Positions 25,027 to 42,234 of a stretch of 64,000 bases of DNA are shown in pieces (within the stretch, counting starts at the first letter, position 1; each line of letters begins with the position of its first letter). The DNA comes from Eledone cirrhosa. Lineage: Eukaryota. The stretch covers positions 17,856,001-17,920,000 of the forward strand of contig OZ024766.1 in assembly GCA_964016885.1 (NCBI GenBank), in the 5' to 3' direction. Position numbers and translations under genes: made by a program. Below the pieces are notes generated by a model. The model did not search any database, was not told the origin of the DNA, and was given only the letters and a program-made list of their open reading frames with translations.

Positions 25027-28000
25027 TACTAGTAAAAATAAGTACTATGAATATTTAGTCCACTAGTAAAGATATTATAAACATTTAGTACACTAGTAAA
25101 GATACTATAAACATTTAGTCCACTAGTAAAGATACTATAAACATTTAGTCCACCAGTAAAGATACTATAAACATTTAGTCCACTAGTAAACATACTATAA
25201 ATATTTAGTCCACCAGTAAAGATACTATAAACATTTAGTACACTAGTAAAGATACTATAAACATTTAGTCCACTAGTAAAGATACTATAAACATTTAGTC
25301 CACTAGTAAAGATATTATAGACATTTAGTACACTAGTAAAGATACTATAGACATTTAGTCCACTAGTAAAGATACTATAAACATTTAGTCCACTAGTAAA
25401 GATACTATAAACATTTAGTCCACTAGTAAAGATATTATAGACATTTAGTACACTAGTAAAGATACTATAGACATTTAGTACACTAGTAAAGATACTATAA
25501 ACCTTTAGTCCACCAGTAAAGATATTATAGACCTTTAGTCCACCAGTAAAGATACTATAAACATTTAGTCCACCAGTAAAGATACTATAAACATTTAGTC
25601 CACTAGTAAAGATACTATAAACATTTAGTCCACTAGTAAAGATATTATAAACATTTAGTCCACTAGTAAAGATACTATAAACATTTAGTCCACCAGTAAA
25701 GATACTATAAACATTTAGTACACTAGTAAAGATACTATAAATCTTTAGTCCACTAGTAAAGATACTATAAACATTTAGTCCACTAGTAAAGATACTATAA
25801 ACCTTTAGTCCACCAGTAAAGATACTATAAACATTTAGTCCACCAGTAAAGATACTATAAACATTTAGTCCACTAGTAAAGATACTATAGACCTTTAGTC
25901 AACTAGTAAAGATACTATAAACATTTAGTCCACCAGTAAAGATACTATAAACATTTAGTTCACTAGTAAAGATACTATAAACATTTAGTCCAGCAGTAAA
26001 GATATTATAAACATTTAGTACACCAGTAAAGATACTATAAACATTTAGTCCACCAGTAAAGATACTATAAACATTTAGTCCACTAGTAGAGATACTATAA
26101 ACATTTAGTCCACTAGTAAAGATACTATAAACATTTAGTACACTAGTAAAGATACTATAAACATTTAGTACACTAGTAAAGATACTATAAACATTTAGTC
26201 CACTAGTAAAGATACTATAAACATTTAGTACACTAGTAAAGATACTATAAACATTTAGTCCACTAGTAAAGATACTATAAACATTTAGTCCACTAGTAAA
26301 GATACTATAAACATTTAGTCCACTAGTAAAGATACTATAAACATTTAGTCCACTAGTAAAGATACTATAAACATTTAGTACACTAGTAAAGATACTATAG
26401 ACCTTTAGTCCACTAGTAAAGATACTACAAGCATTTAGTCCACTAGTAAAGATACTACAAGCATTTAGTCCACTAGTAAAGATACTATAGACCTTTAGTC
26501 CACTAGTAAAGATACTATAAACATTTAGTACACCAGTAAAGATATTATAAACATTTAGTACACTAGTAAAGATACTATAAACATTTAGTCCACTAGTAAA
26601 GATATTATAAACATTTAGTCCACTAGTAAAGATACTATAAACATTTAGTACACTAGTAAAGATACTATAAATATTTAGTCCACCAGTAAAGATACTATAG
26701 ACCTTTAGTCCACTAGTAAAGATACTACAAGCATTTAGTCCACTAGTAAAGATACTATAAACATTTAGTCCACTAGTAAAGATACTACAAGCATTTAGTC
26801 CACTAGTAAAGATACTATAAACATTTAGTCCACCAGTAAAGATACTATAAACATTTAGTCCACTAGTAAAGATACTACAAATATTTAGTCCACCAGTAAA
26901 GATACTATAAACATTTAGTCCACTAGTAAAGATACTATAAACATTTAGTCCACTAGTAAAGATACTATAAACATTTAGTCCACCAGTAAAGATATTATAG
27001 ACCTTTAGTACACTAGTAAAGATACTATAAACATTTAGTCCACTAGTAAAGATACTATAAACATTTAGTCCACTAGTAAAGATACTATAAACATTTAGTC
27101 CACCAGTAAAGATACTATAAACATTTAGTCCACTAGTAAAGATACTATAAACATTTAGTCCACTAGTAAAGATATTATAAACATTTAGTCCACTAGTAAA
27201 GATACTACAAATATTTAGTCCACTAGTAAAGATACTATAAACATTTAGTCCACTAGTAAAGGTACTATAAACATTTAGTCCACTAGTAAAGATACTATAA
27301 ACATTTCATCCACTAGTAAAGATACTATAAGCATTTAGTCCACTAGTAAAGATACTATAAACATTTAGTCCACTAGTAAAGGTACTATAAACATTTAGTC
27401 CACTAGTAAAGATACTATAAACATTTAGTCCACTAGTAAAGATACTATAAACATTTAGTCCACTAGTAAAGATACTATAAACATTTAGTACACCAGTAAA
27501 GATATTATAAACATTTCATCCACTAGTAAAGATACTATAAGCATTTAGTCCACTAGTAAAGATACTATAAACATTTAGTCCACTAGTAAAGATACTATAA
27601 ACATTTAGTCCACTAGTAAAGATACTATAAACATTTAGTCCACCAGTAAAGATATTATAGACCTTTAGTCCACTAGTAAAGATACTATAAACATTTAGTC
27701 CACCAGTAAAGATATTATAAACATTTAGTCCACTAGTAAAGATACTATAAACATTTAGTCCACCAGTAAAGATATTATAAACATTTAGTCCACTAGTAAA
27801 GATACTATAAACATTTAGTCCACCAGTAAAGATATAAACATTTAGTCCACTAGTAAAGATACGATAAACATTTAGTACACCAGTAAAGATATTATAAACA
27901 TTTAGTCCACTAGTAAAGATACTATAAACATTTAGTCCACCAGTAAAGATATTATAAACATTTAGTCCACCAGTAAAGATACTATAAACATTTAATCCAC

Positions 28001-31000
28001 TAGTAAAGATACTATAAGCATTTAGTCCACCAGTAAAGATACTATAAACATTTAGTCTACCAGTAAAGATATTATAAACATTTAATCCACTAGTAAAGAT
28101 ACTATAAACATTTAGTCCACTAGTAAAGATACTATAAACATTTAGTACACCAGCAAAGATACTATAAACATTTAGTCCACTAGTAAACATACTATAAACA
28201 TTTAGTACACCAGTAAAGATACTATAAACATTTAGTCCAGCAGTAAAGATACTATAAACATTTAGTACACTAGTAAAGATACTATAAACATTTAGTCCAG
28301 CAGTAAAGATATTATAAACATTTAGTACACTAGTAAAGACACTATAAACATTTAGTCCACTAGTAAAGATACTATAAACATTTAGTCCACTAGTAAAGAT
28401 ATTATAAACATTTAGTCCACTAGTAAAGATACTATAAACATTTAGTTCACTAGTAAAGATACTATAAACATTTAGTCCAGCAGTAAAGATATTATAAACA
28501 TTTAGTACACTAGTAAAGATACTATAAACATTTAGTACACTAGTAAAGACACTATAAACATTTAGTCCACCAGTAAAGATATTATAAACATTTAGTACAC
28601 TAGTAAAGATACTATAAACATTTAGTCCACTAGTAAAGATACTATAAACATTTAGTACACCAGTAAAGATACTATAAACATTTAGTCCACTAGTAAAGAT
28701 ACTATAAACATTTAGTCCACTAGTAAAGATACTATAAACATTTAGTACACTAGTAAAGATACTATAGACCTTTAGTCCACTAGTAAAGATACTACAAGCA
28801 TTTAGTCCACTAGTAAAGATACTACAAGCATTTAGTCCACTAGTAAAGATACTATAGACCTTTAGTCCACTAGTAAAGATACTATAAACATTTAGTACAC
28901 CAGTAAAGATATTATAAACATTTAGTACACTAGTAAAGATACTATAAACATTTAGTCCACTAGTAAAGATATTATAAACATTTAGTCCACTAGTAAAGAT
29001 ACTATAAACATTTAGTACACTAGTAAAGATACTATAAATATTTAGTCCACCAGTAAAGATACTATAGACCTTTAGTCCACTAGTAAAGATACTACAAGCA
29101 TTTAGTCCACTAGTAAAGATACTATAAACATTTAGTCCACTAGTAAAGATACTACAAGCATTTAGTCCACTAGTAAAGATACTATAAACATTTAGTCCAC
29201 CAGTAAAGATACTATAAACATTTAGTCCACTAGTAAAGATACTACAAATATTTAGTCCACTAGTAAAGATACTATAAACATTTAGTCCACCAGTAAAGAT
29301 ATTATAGACCTTTAGTACACTAGTAAAGATACTATAAACATTTAGTCCACTAGTAAAGATACTATAAACATTTAGTCCACTAGTAAAGATACTATAAACA
29401 TTTAGTCCACCAGTAAAGATACTATAAACATTTAGTCCACTAGTAAAGATACTATAAACATTTAGTCCACTAGTAAAGATATTATAAACATTTAGTCCAC
29501 TAGTAAAGATACTACAAATATTTAGTCCACTAGTAAAGATACTATAAACATTTAGTCCACTAGTAAAGGTACTATAAACATTTAGTCCACTAGTAAAGAT
29601 ACTATAAACATTTCATCCACTAGTAAAGATACTATAAGCATTTAGTCCACTAGTAAAGATACTATAAACATTTAGTCCACTAGTAAAGGTACTATAAACA
29701 TTTAGTCCACTAGTAAAGATACTATAAACATTTAGTCCACTAGTAAAGATACTATAAACATTTAGTCCACTAGTAAAGATACTATAAACATTTAGTACAC
29801 CAGTAAAGATATTATAAACATTTCATCCACTAGTAAAGATACTATAAGCATTTAGTCCACTAGTAAAGATACTATAAACATTTAGTCCACTAGTAAAGAT
29901 ACTATAAACATTTAGTCCACTAGTAAAGATACTATAAACATTTAGTCCACCAGTAAAGATATTATAGACCTTTAGTCCACTAGTAAAGATACTATAAACA
30001 TTTAGTCCACCAGTAAAGATATTATAAACATTTAGTCCACTAGTAAAGATACTATAAACATTTAGTCCACCAGTAAAGATATTATAAACATTTAGTCCAC
30101 TAGTAAAGATACTATAAACATTTAGTCCACCAGTAAAGATATAAACATTTAGTCCACTAGTAAAGATACTATAAACATTTAGTCCACCAGTAAAGATATA
30201 AACATTTAGTCCACTAGTAAAGATACGATAAACATTTAGTACACCAGTAAAGATATTATAAACATTTAGTCCACTAGTAAAGATACTATAAACATTTAGT
30301 CCACCAGTAAAGATATTATAAACATTTAGTCCACCAGTAAAGATACTATAAACATTTAATCCACTAGTAAAGATACTATAAGCATTTAGTCCACCAGTAA
30401 AGATACTATAAACATTTAGTCTACCAGTAAAGATATTATAAACATTTAATCCACTAGTAAAGATACTATAAACATTTAGTCCACTAGTAAAGATACTATA
30501 AACATTTAGTACACCAGCAAAGATACTATAAACATTTAGTCCACTAGTAAACATACTATAAACATTTAGTACACCAGTAAAGATACTATAAACATTTAGT
30601 CCAGCAGTAAAGATACTATAAACATTTAGTACACTAGTAAAGATACTATAAACATTTAGTCCAGCAGTAAAGATATTATAAACATTTAGTACACTAGTAA
30701 AGACACTATAAACATTTAGTCCACTAGTAAAGATACTATAAACATTTAGTCCACTAGTAAAGATATTATAAACATTTAGTCCACTAGTAAAGATACTATA
30801 AACATTTAGTTCACTAGTAAAGATACTATAAACATTTAGTCCAGCAGTAAAGATATTATAAACATTTAGTACACTAGTAAAGATACTATAAACATTTAGT
30901 ACACTAGTAAAGACACTATAAACATTTAGTCCACCAGTAAAGATATTATAAACATTTAGTACACTAGTAAAGATACTATAAACATTTAGTCCACTAGTAA

Positions 31001-34000
31001 AGATACTATAAACATTTAGTACACCAGTAAAGATACTATAAACATTTAGTCCACTAGTAAAGATACTATAAACATTTAGTCCACTAGTAAAGATACTATA
31101 AACATTTAGTACACTAGTAAAGATACTATAGACCTTTAGTCCACTAGTAAAGATACTACAAGCATTTAGTCCACTAGTAAAGATACTACAAGCATTTAGT
31201 CCACTAGTAAAGATACTATAGACCTTTAGTCCACTAGTAAAGATACTATAAACATTTAGTACACCAGTAAAGATATTATAAACATTTAGTACACTAGTAA
31301 AGATACTATAAACATTTAGTCCACTAGTAAAGATATTATAAACATTTAGTCCACTAGTAAAGATACTATAAACATTTAGTACACTAGTAAAGATACTATA
31401 AATATTTAGTCCACCAGTAAAGATACTATAGACCTTTAGTCCACTAGTAAAGATACTACAAGCATTTAGTCCACTAGTAAAGATACTATAAACATTTAGT
31501 CCACTAGTAAAGATACTACAAGCATTTAGTCCACTAGTAAAGATACTATAAACATTTAGTCCACCAGTAAAGATACTATAAACATTTAGTCCACTAGTAA
31601 AGATACTACAAATATTTAGTCCACTAGTAAAGATACTATAAACATTTAGTCCACCAGTAAAGATATTATAGACCTTTAGTACACTAGTAAAGATACTATA
31701 AACATTTAGTCCACTAGTAAAGATACTATAAACATTTAGTCCACTAGTAAAGATACTATAAACATTTAGTCCACCAGTAAAGATACTATAAACATTTAGT
31801 CCACTAGTAAAGATACTATAAACATTTAGTCCACTAGTAAAGATATTATAAACATTTAGTCCACTAGTAAAGATACTACAAATATTTAGTCCACTAGTAA
31901 AGATACTATAAACATTTAGTCCACTAGTAAAGGTACTATAAACATTTAGTCCACTAGTAAAGATACTATAAACATTTCATCCACTAGTAAAGATACTATA
32001 AGCATTTAGTCCACTAGTAAAGATACTATAAACATTTAGTCCACTAGTAAAGGTACTATAAACATTTAGTCCACTAGTAAAGATACTATAAACATTTAGT
32101 CCACTAGTAAAGATACTATAAACATTTAGTCCACTAGTAAAGATACTATAAACATTTAGTACACCAGTAAAGATATTATAAACATTTCATCCACTAGTAA
32201 AGATACTATAAGCATTTAGTCCACTAGTAAAGATACTATAAACATTTAGTCCACTAGTAAAGATACTATAAACATTTAGTCCACTAGTAAAGATACTATA
32301 AACATTTAGTCCACCAGTAAAGATATTATAGACCTTTAGTCCACTAGTAAAGATACTATAAACATTTAGTCCACCAGTAAAGATATTATAAACATTTAGT
32401 CCACTAGTAAAGATACTATAAACATTTAGTCCACCAGTAAAGATATTATAAACATTTAGTCCACTAGTAAAGATACTATAAACATTTAGTCCACCAGTAA
32501 AGATATAAACATTTAGTCCACTAGTAAAGATACGATAAACATTTAGTACACCAGTAAAGATATTATAAACATTTAGTCCACTAGTAAAGATACTATAAAC
32601 ATTTAGTCCACCAGTAAAGATATTATAAACATTTAGTCCACCAGTAAAGATACTATAAACATTTAATCCACTAGTAAAGATACTATAAGCATTTAGTCCA
32701 CCAGTAAAGATACTATAAACATTTAGTCTACCAGTAAAGATATTATAAACATTTAATCCACTAGTAAAGATACTATAAACATTTAGTCCACTAGTAAAGA
32801 TACTATAAACATTTAGTACACCAGCAAAGATACTATAAACATTTAGTCCACTAGTAAACATACTATAAACATTTAGTACACCAGTAAAGATACTATAAAC
32901 ATTTAGTCCAGCAGTAAAGATACTATAAACATTTAGTACACTAGTAAAGATACTATAAACATTTAGTCCAGCAGTAAAGATATTATAAACATTTAGTACA
33001 CTAGTAAAGACACTATAAACATTTAGTCCACTAGTAAAGATACTATAAACATTTAGTCCACTAGTAAAGATATTATAAACATTTAGTCCACTAGTAAAGA
33101 TACTATAAACATTTAGTTCACTAGTAAAGATACTATAAACATTTAGTCCAGCAGTAAAGATATTATAAACATTTAGTACACTAGTAAAGATACTATAAAC
33201 ATTTAGTACACTAGTAAAGACACTATAAACATTTAGTCCACCAGTAAAGATATTATAAACATTTAGTACACTAGTAAAGATACTATAAACATTTAGTCCA
33301 CTAGTAAAGATACTATAAACATTTAGTACACCAGTAAAGATACTATAAACATTTAGTACACTAGTAAAGATACTATAAACATTTAGTCCACTAGTAAAGA
33401 TACTATAAACATTTAGTCCACTAGTAAAGATACTATAAACATTTAGTCCACTAGTAAAGATATTATAAACATTTAGTCCACTAGTAAAGATACTATAAAC
33501 ATTTAGTCCACTAGTAAAGATAAGTACTATAAACATTTAGTCCACTAATAAAGATACTATAAACATTTAGTCCACCAGTAAAGATACTATAAACATTTAG
33601 TCCACTAGTAAAGATACTATAAGCATTTAGTACACCAGTAAAGATACTATAAACATTTAGTCCACTAGTAAAGATACTATAAGCATTTAGTCCACCAGTA
33701 AAGATACTATAAACATTTAGTCCAATAGTAAAGATACTACAAGCATTTAGTCCACTAGTAAAGATACTATAAACATTTAGTCCACTAGTAAACATACTAT
33801 AAACATTTAGTCCACCAGTAAAGATACTATAAACATTTAATCCACTAGTAAAGATACTATAAACATTTAATCCACTAGTAAAGATACTATAAACATTTAG
33901 TCCACCAGTAAAGATACTATAAACATTTAGTCCACCAGTAAAGGTACTATAAACATTTAGTACACCAGTAAAGATACTATAAACATTTAGTCCCCCAGTA

Positions 34001-34015
34001 AACATACTATAAACA
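25027..34015. repeat. 30-bp satellite, ~300 copies, with ~2.3-kb higher-order repeat
   Basis: Unit acatttagtccactagtaaagatactataa; rare variant gatacgata at ~27858, 30222 and 32529. Confidence 0.97.
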
Positions 34016-34021
34016 TAATAT

Positions 34022-34320
34022 GATACAGATATGGTCGTTGAGCCGCTTGCCAGTCATAAGTCTCATGATGTGGTTCTGGAATGTAGAGAGCTTCTGAAGT
34101 GACCTTGTCGTCCAATTAACACCGCCAAGACCTTATAACACAACTGGTAGGATTTAGACACCAAAATATAATACAACGAGGCAGATTTCCAGAGACTTGT
34201 TCAAGCTTCCATGTTGTCTTGGCTCAGTATTATCCAATGCAACCTTTATGCACACAATTGCATGCCCCAGAGGGTGGTTTGTGAGGAAGTTCGGAGCATG
34301 CCTTCATTCGTGCGTTTCAC
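34022..34320 (-). mobile_element. Old RTE-clade LINE fragment
   Basis: Minus-strand translation LPVVL*GLGGVNWTTRSLQKLSTFQNHIMRLMTGKRLNDHI resembles the LPVLLYGxETW...MR..G..L.D.I region. Confidence 0.65.
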
Positions 34321-34359
34321 GTGTTTTGTTATTTTTCCACATGCAACTTGGCTACATAT

Positions 34360-35855
<1,496 letters not shown>

Positions 35856-36098
35856 AAAAATAAAACATTTACCGCCAATGTCTGCTAAAATTTCATTCAA
35901 GGTTTTACAGTTATTTTTCTAATAAATTGTAAACACCGTGGCCATGCTGGAGCAGTGGGTGTCTTTACTGTGGCCATAGTGGGGCACTGCGTTACTACAA
36001 GATGTTGTTCCTCAAGGCATCAACGACATCATCTCTGTCCATTCCCTTGTACCTTTTAATTAGGATTGCCCCAGCAACGTAATCTTATTATGTAAGAA

Positions 36099-36173
36099 GC
36101 TGTCTGATGAGATCACGACACCTGTTACGTGAAATCAACTGGCCACTGTCGTCACTGAAATATGTACCACAAC
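36099..36173 (+). ncRNA. Degenerate hammerhead motif (U16.1 appears mutated to C)
   Basis: GCTGT-CTGATGA-GATCA-CGACA...TGTCG-TCACT-GAAA-TATGTA-CC-ACAAC; same design as 45276-45330. Confidence 0.4.
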
Positions 36174-36242
36174 GTTACCAATATGAGTTTAACATCTGAA
36201 ACTACTTCGTATTTTCTTATTCTGTATATATATATATATATA

Positions 36243-38697
36243 TCATCATCATCATTCATCATTTCATTTTACGTCTGCTTTTCCCTGCTTGCAAGGGTGG
36301 GACGGGAACTGATTCTGGCTTGATTTCTACAGCTGGATGCCCTTCCTAACACCAACCTCATTTACAGTGAGTGCTGGGTGCTTGTTTGCCGTGGCACCTC
36401 CACGACCATTTTACAGTGTGGGCTGGGTGCTTTTTTGCTGTGGCACCTCCACGACCACTTTACAGTGAGTGCTGGGTGCTTTTTTGCCGTGGCACCTCCA
36501 CGACCACTTTACAGTGAGTGCTGGGTGCTTTTTTGTCGTGGCACCTCCATGACCACTTTACAGTGAGTGCTGGGTGCTTTTTTGTCGTGGCACCTCCATG
36601 ACCACTTTACAGTGAGTGCTGGGTGCTTTTTTGCCGTGGCACCTCCACGACCACTTTACAGTGAGTGCTGGGTGCTTTTTTGCCGTGGCACCTCCACGAC
36701 CACTTTGCAGTGAGTGCTGGGTGCTTTTTTGCCGTGGCACCTCCACGACCACTTTACAGTGAGTGCTGGGTGCTTTTTTGCTGTGGCACCTCCACGACCA
36801 CTTTGCAGTGAGTGCTGGGTGCTTTTTTGCCGTGGCACCTCCACGACCACTTTACAGTGAGTGCTGGGTGCTTGTTTGCCGTGGCACCTCCACGACCACT
36901 TTACAGTGAGTGCTGGGTGCTTTTTTGCTGTGGCACCTCCATGACCACTTTACAGTGAGTGCTGGGTGCTTTTTTGCCATGGCACCTCCACGACCACTTT
37001 ACAGTGAGTGCTGGGTGCTTTTTTGCCGTGGCACCTCCACGACCACTTTACAGTGAGTGCTGGGTGCTTTTTTTGCCGTGGCACCTCCACGACCACTTTA
37101 CAGTGTGTGCTGGGTGCTTTTTTGCCGTGGCACCTCCACGACCACTTTACAGTGTGGGCTGGGTGCTTTTTTGCCGTGGCACCTCCACGACCACTTTACA
37201 GTGAGGGCTGGGTGCTTTTTTGCCGTGGCACCTCCACGACCACTTTACAGTGAGGGCTGGGTGCTTTTTTGCCGTGGCACCTCCACGACCACTTTGCAGT
37301 GAGTGCTGGGTGCTTTTTTGCCGTGGCACCTCCACGACCACTTTGCAGTGAGTGCTGGGTGCTTTTTTGCCGTGGCACCTCCACGACCACTTTACAGTGA
37401 GTGCTGGGTGCTTGTTTGCTGTGGCACCTCCACGACCATTTTACAGTGTGTGCTGGGTGCTTTTTTGCCGTGGCACCTCCATGACCACTTTACAGTGAGG
37501 GCTGGGTGCTTTTTTGCCGTGGCACCTCCACGACCACTTTACAGTGTGGGCTGGGTGCTTTTTTGCCGTGGCACCTCCACGACCACTTTACAGTGAGTGC
37601 TGGGTGCTTTTTTGCCGTGGCACCTCCACGACCACTTTACAGTGAGTGCTGGGTGCTTTTTTGCCGTGGCACCTCCACGACCACTTTACAGTGTGGGCTG
37701 GGTGCTTTTTTGCCGTGGCACCTCCACGACCACTTTACAGTGAGGGCTGGGTGCTTTTTTGCCGTGGCACCTCCACGACCACTTTACAGTGAGTGCTGGG
37801 TGCTTTTTTGCCGTGGCACCTCCACGACCACTTTGCAGTGAGTGCTGGGTGCTTTTTTGCCGTGGCACCTCCACGACCACTTTGCAGTGAGTGCTGGGTG
37901 CTTTTTTGCCGTGGCACCTCCACGACCACTTTGCAGTGAGTGCTGGGTGCTTTTTTGCCGTGGCACCTCCACGACCACTTTGCAGTGAGTGCTGGGTGCT
38001 TTTTTGCCGTGGCACCTCCATGACCACTTTACAGTGAGTGCTGGGTGCTTTTTTGCCGTGGCACCTCCACGACCACTTTGCAGTGAGTGCTGGGTGCTTT
38101 TTTGCCGTGGCACCTCCACGACCACTTTGCAGTGAGTGCTGGGTGCTTTTTTGCCGTGGCACCTCCACGACCACTTTGCAGTGAGTGCTGGGTGCTTTTT
38201 TGCCGTGGCACCTCCACGACCACTTTACAGTGTGGGCTGGGTGCTTTTTTGCCGTGGCACCTCCACGACCACTTTACAGTGAGGGCTGGGTGCTTTTTTG
38301 CCGTGGCACCTCCACGACCACTTTACAGTGTGGGCTGGGTGCTTTTTTGCCGTGGCACCTCCACGACCACTTTGCAGTGAGTGCTGGGTGCTTTTTTGCC
38401 GTGGCACCTCCACGACCACTTTGCAGTGAGTGCTGGGTGCTTTTTTGCCGTGGCACCTCCACGACCACTTTACAGTGAGGGCTGGGTGCTTTTTTGCCGT
38501 GGCACCTCCACGACCAGTTTGCAGTGGAATGATATGGACCCCAGTCCCTATCATCTCATTTCTACAGCTGAGTAAACTGGAGCAATGTGAAATAAAGTGT
38601 CTTGCTCAAGGACACAACACATCACCCGGTCTGAGAATTGAACTCACAACCTTTCGATTGCAAGGCCAATGCTCTAACCACTAAGCCATGTGCCTCC
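36243..38697 (-). mobile_element. Full-length SINE A with ~44 x 49-bp internal units
   Basis: RTE-type tail at 36243-36307, ggatgcccttcctaacacc segment, array 36362-38525, hairpin, core and tRNA head. Confidence 0.92.
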
Positions 38698-39019
38698 ATG
38701 CGACAGATAATACAGATACTAGAAGCGAATGGTCTAACAATCAAATTAAATAGATGGTATATGCGTTATTCATATATAAGGGGATGGAACAAGCAAATGT
38801 ATCATGTATATATGAGTACTGGGTGGTAGGGTATTCCATGAAATACACATTTCTGCACTACAAATTTGAACTATACAGAAAATACCCTCACACTGCAACC
38901 ATCATATTGCACTAAGAAATCCGCTTAAAGTGCTTGTATTTCATACATATATATATATATATATGTATGTATATATATCTGTATATATATATATATGTAT
39001 ATATATATGTATGTATATG

Positions 39020-39074
<55 letters not shown>

Positions 39075-39221
39075 GTATGTATATATATGTATGTATGTAT
39101 GTATGTATATATATGTATGTATGTATGTATGTATATGTATGTATGTATATATATGTATGTATGTATGTATATATATGTATGTATGTATGTATATGTATGT
39201 ATGTATGTATATATATGTGTG

Positions 39222-39264
<43 letters not shown>

Positions 39265-39281
39265 ATATGTATGTATATATG

Positions 39282-39361
<80 letters not shown>

Positions 39362-39676
39362 TATATTCATATACATATATATATATATATACATATATAT
39401 GTATATATATACATATATATGTATATATATATATATATACATATATATGTATATATATATATATATATTCATATACATATATACATGTATATAAATATAT
39501 ACATACATATATATATATATATACACACCCACAATATTGAGATAAGAATACTGAAACAATATTGTCTTTTGTTAGTCACAGTAAACATGTATGTTTAAAT
39601 ATATATATATATATACATTCACAAACAAATGTGTATGTGTTTATATATAATTATACATGCTCAAGCATGAATACAC

Positions 39677-40720
<1,044 letters not shown>

Positions 40721-40794
40721 TAATAAAAATAATGAATAAAAAATTCATCATTTTACGATCGTTTCTAGGATATATATGTCTGTGTTGGTATGTA

Positions 40795-41090
40795 TCATCA
40801 TCATCATCATCACCGTTTTATGTCCGTTCTTCCACGCTAGCATGGGTTAGACGGGTTGTCCTGTTGTGGGCAGTGTCTGGTCGGCTGACCAACTGATTTG
40901 GCTTGATTTCTACAGCTGGATGCCCTTCCTAACACCAACCACTTTACAGTGAGTGCTGGGTGCTTTTTCGTGGCGTCAACACGTTTACTTTACAGTGAGT
41001 GCTGGGTGCTTTTTCGTGGCGCCTACACGTCCACTTTACAGTGTGGGCTGGGTGCATTTTTGCCGTGGCACCTCCACGACCACCTTGCGG
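40795..41090 (-). mobile_element. SINE A-related 3' fragment with diverged 48/49-bp units
   Basis: (CAT)n tail, ggatgcccttcctaacaccaaccactttacag, three units; relatives at 56267-56595 and 63480-63580. Confidence 0.7.
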
Positions 41091-41104
41091 TGGGGCATAT
41101 TTTC

Positions 41105-41400
41105 AATATGCTTCAGCTTGTACCCATGGGAGGTTGGGTACTCTGTATTACTGCGTGACGCCAGAAGTCACGGTCGTGTGTCATTGCCTTTGAGAGGTGT
41201 AATTGGGTAAGGTCGGCTTTTATCACCTCATCCCAGGTCTTCTTGGGTCTCCCCACTCCGCGGTTTCCATCAACTTCTAGTGCTCTGCACCTTTTTATGC
41301 AGCTGTCATCCTTCATACGCATCACATGTCCATACCAGCGTAACCGCCTCTCCTGCACACAGCATTTGATTCCTCTTATGCTCAGTCTCTCTCTCAATTC
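41105..41400 (-). mobile_element. RTE LINE 3' end without amplification
   Basis: ORF 41113-41397 RERLSIRGIKCCVQERRLRWYGHVMRM...GRPKKTW. Confidence 0.88.
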
Positions 41401-41623
41401 ATTTAGATAGATCTATGTAAACATTTTACAAACTATCAGAGGGAATATACATACCTACACATATATATGCTGTCTTCAGAAATAATGTATATATATATAT
41501 ATATAGTGATTTTTTATTATATATTTTTACCCATAATCTTCCAATACTTTAGTGTATGTACACTCCATATTCTTCTGAGTTTTCGGCTTGTATTGGCCGA
41601 TAGTGCTTCTTGTAGTTTTAATT

Positions 41624-41661
41624 GCCCTGATGAGTCCTTAATAGGACGAAACATTGTCGGC
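41624..41661 (+). ncRNA. Canonical minimal type I hammerhead ribozyme (GUC site)
   Basis: GCC-CTGATGA-GTCCT-taat-AGGAC-GAAA-CATTG-TC-GGC, followed by AATAAA. Confidence 0.85.
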
Positions 41662-41733
41662 TAATAAAGACTTTTGATGTATTGAAGGCTTCTTTGTTTT
41701 ATTTTCATAATATATATATATATATATATATAT

Positions 41734-42150
41734 ATTTCTGAATTTGTTTAGCAAGATTCTTTATCTGAAAACGTGTGTTGAAACCGATATTGTTATACTT
41801 TGGGAGGGTCATGTTGCCAATAAGAAACACACGCACCAGTTGCTTTCACTTCAATTTATTATAAATTATATATATATATATATATTGTTATACTTTGGGA
41901 GGGTCATGTTGCCAATAAGAAACACACGCACCAGTTGCTTTCACTTCAATTTATTATAATAAATGTATAAATTTAGGAATTTATAAATTTCCGGTTGGTT
42001 GGTTGGTTCCACAACCAGATGGTTGTTTATATATTGTCAAAGTACTTTCGTCACACATTCTGTGACCTCTTCAGTGACTGGTGATTCTTTTCCTAAGCCA
42101 TCTTGGCGTAGGTCAGAACAAAGGAGAGGCACAAAAATTGAATATCCCTT
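41734..42150. mobile_element. Family P1 element fragments in (TA)n
   Basis: Same sequence family as 55745-57560. Confidence 0.75.
42036..42078 (-). ncRNA. Minimal hammerhead (family P1)
   Basis: Minus strand GTCA-CTGAAGA-gGTCACA-gaatg-TGTGAC-GAAA-GTAC-TT-TGAC; palindromic helix III AGTACT. Confidence 0.7.
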
Positions 42151-42172
42151 TTGCTTATATATACATATATAC

Positions 42173-42229
<57 letters not shown>

Positions 42230-42234
42230 AATGT

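Noticed and set aside
25027-34015. CRISPR-like appearance of 30-bp and other short repeats
   Set aside because: Units are head-to-tail with no unique spacers, there are no cas genes, and the context is eukaryotic
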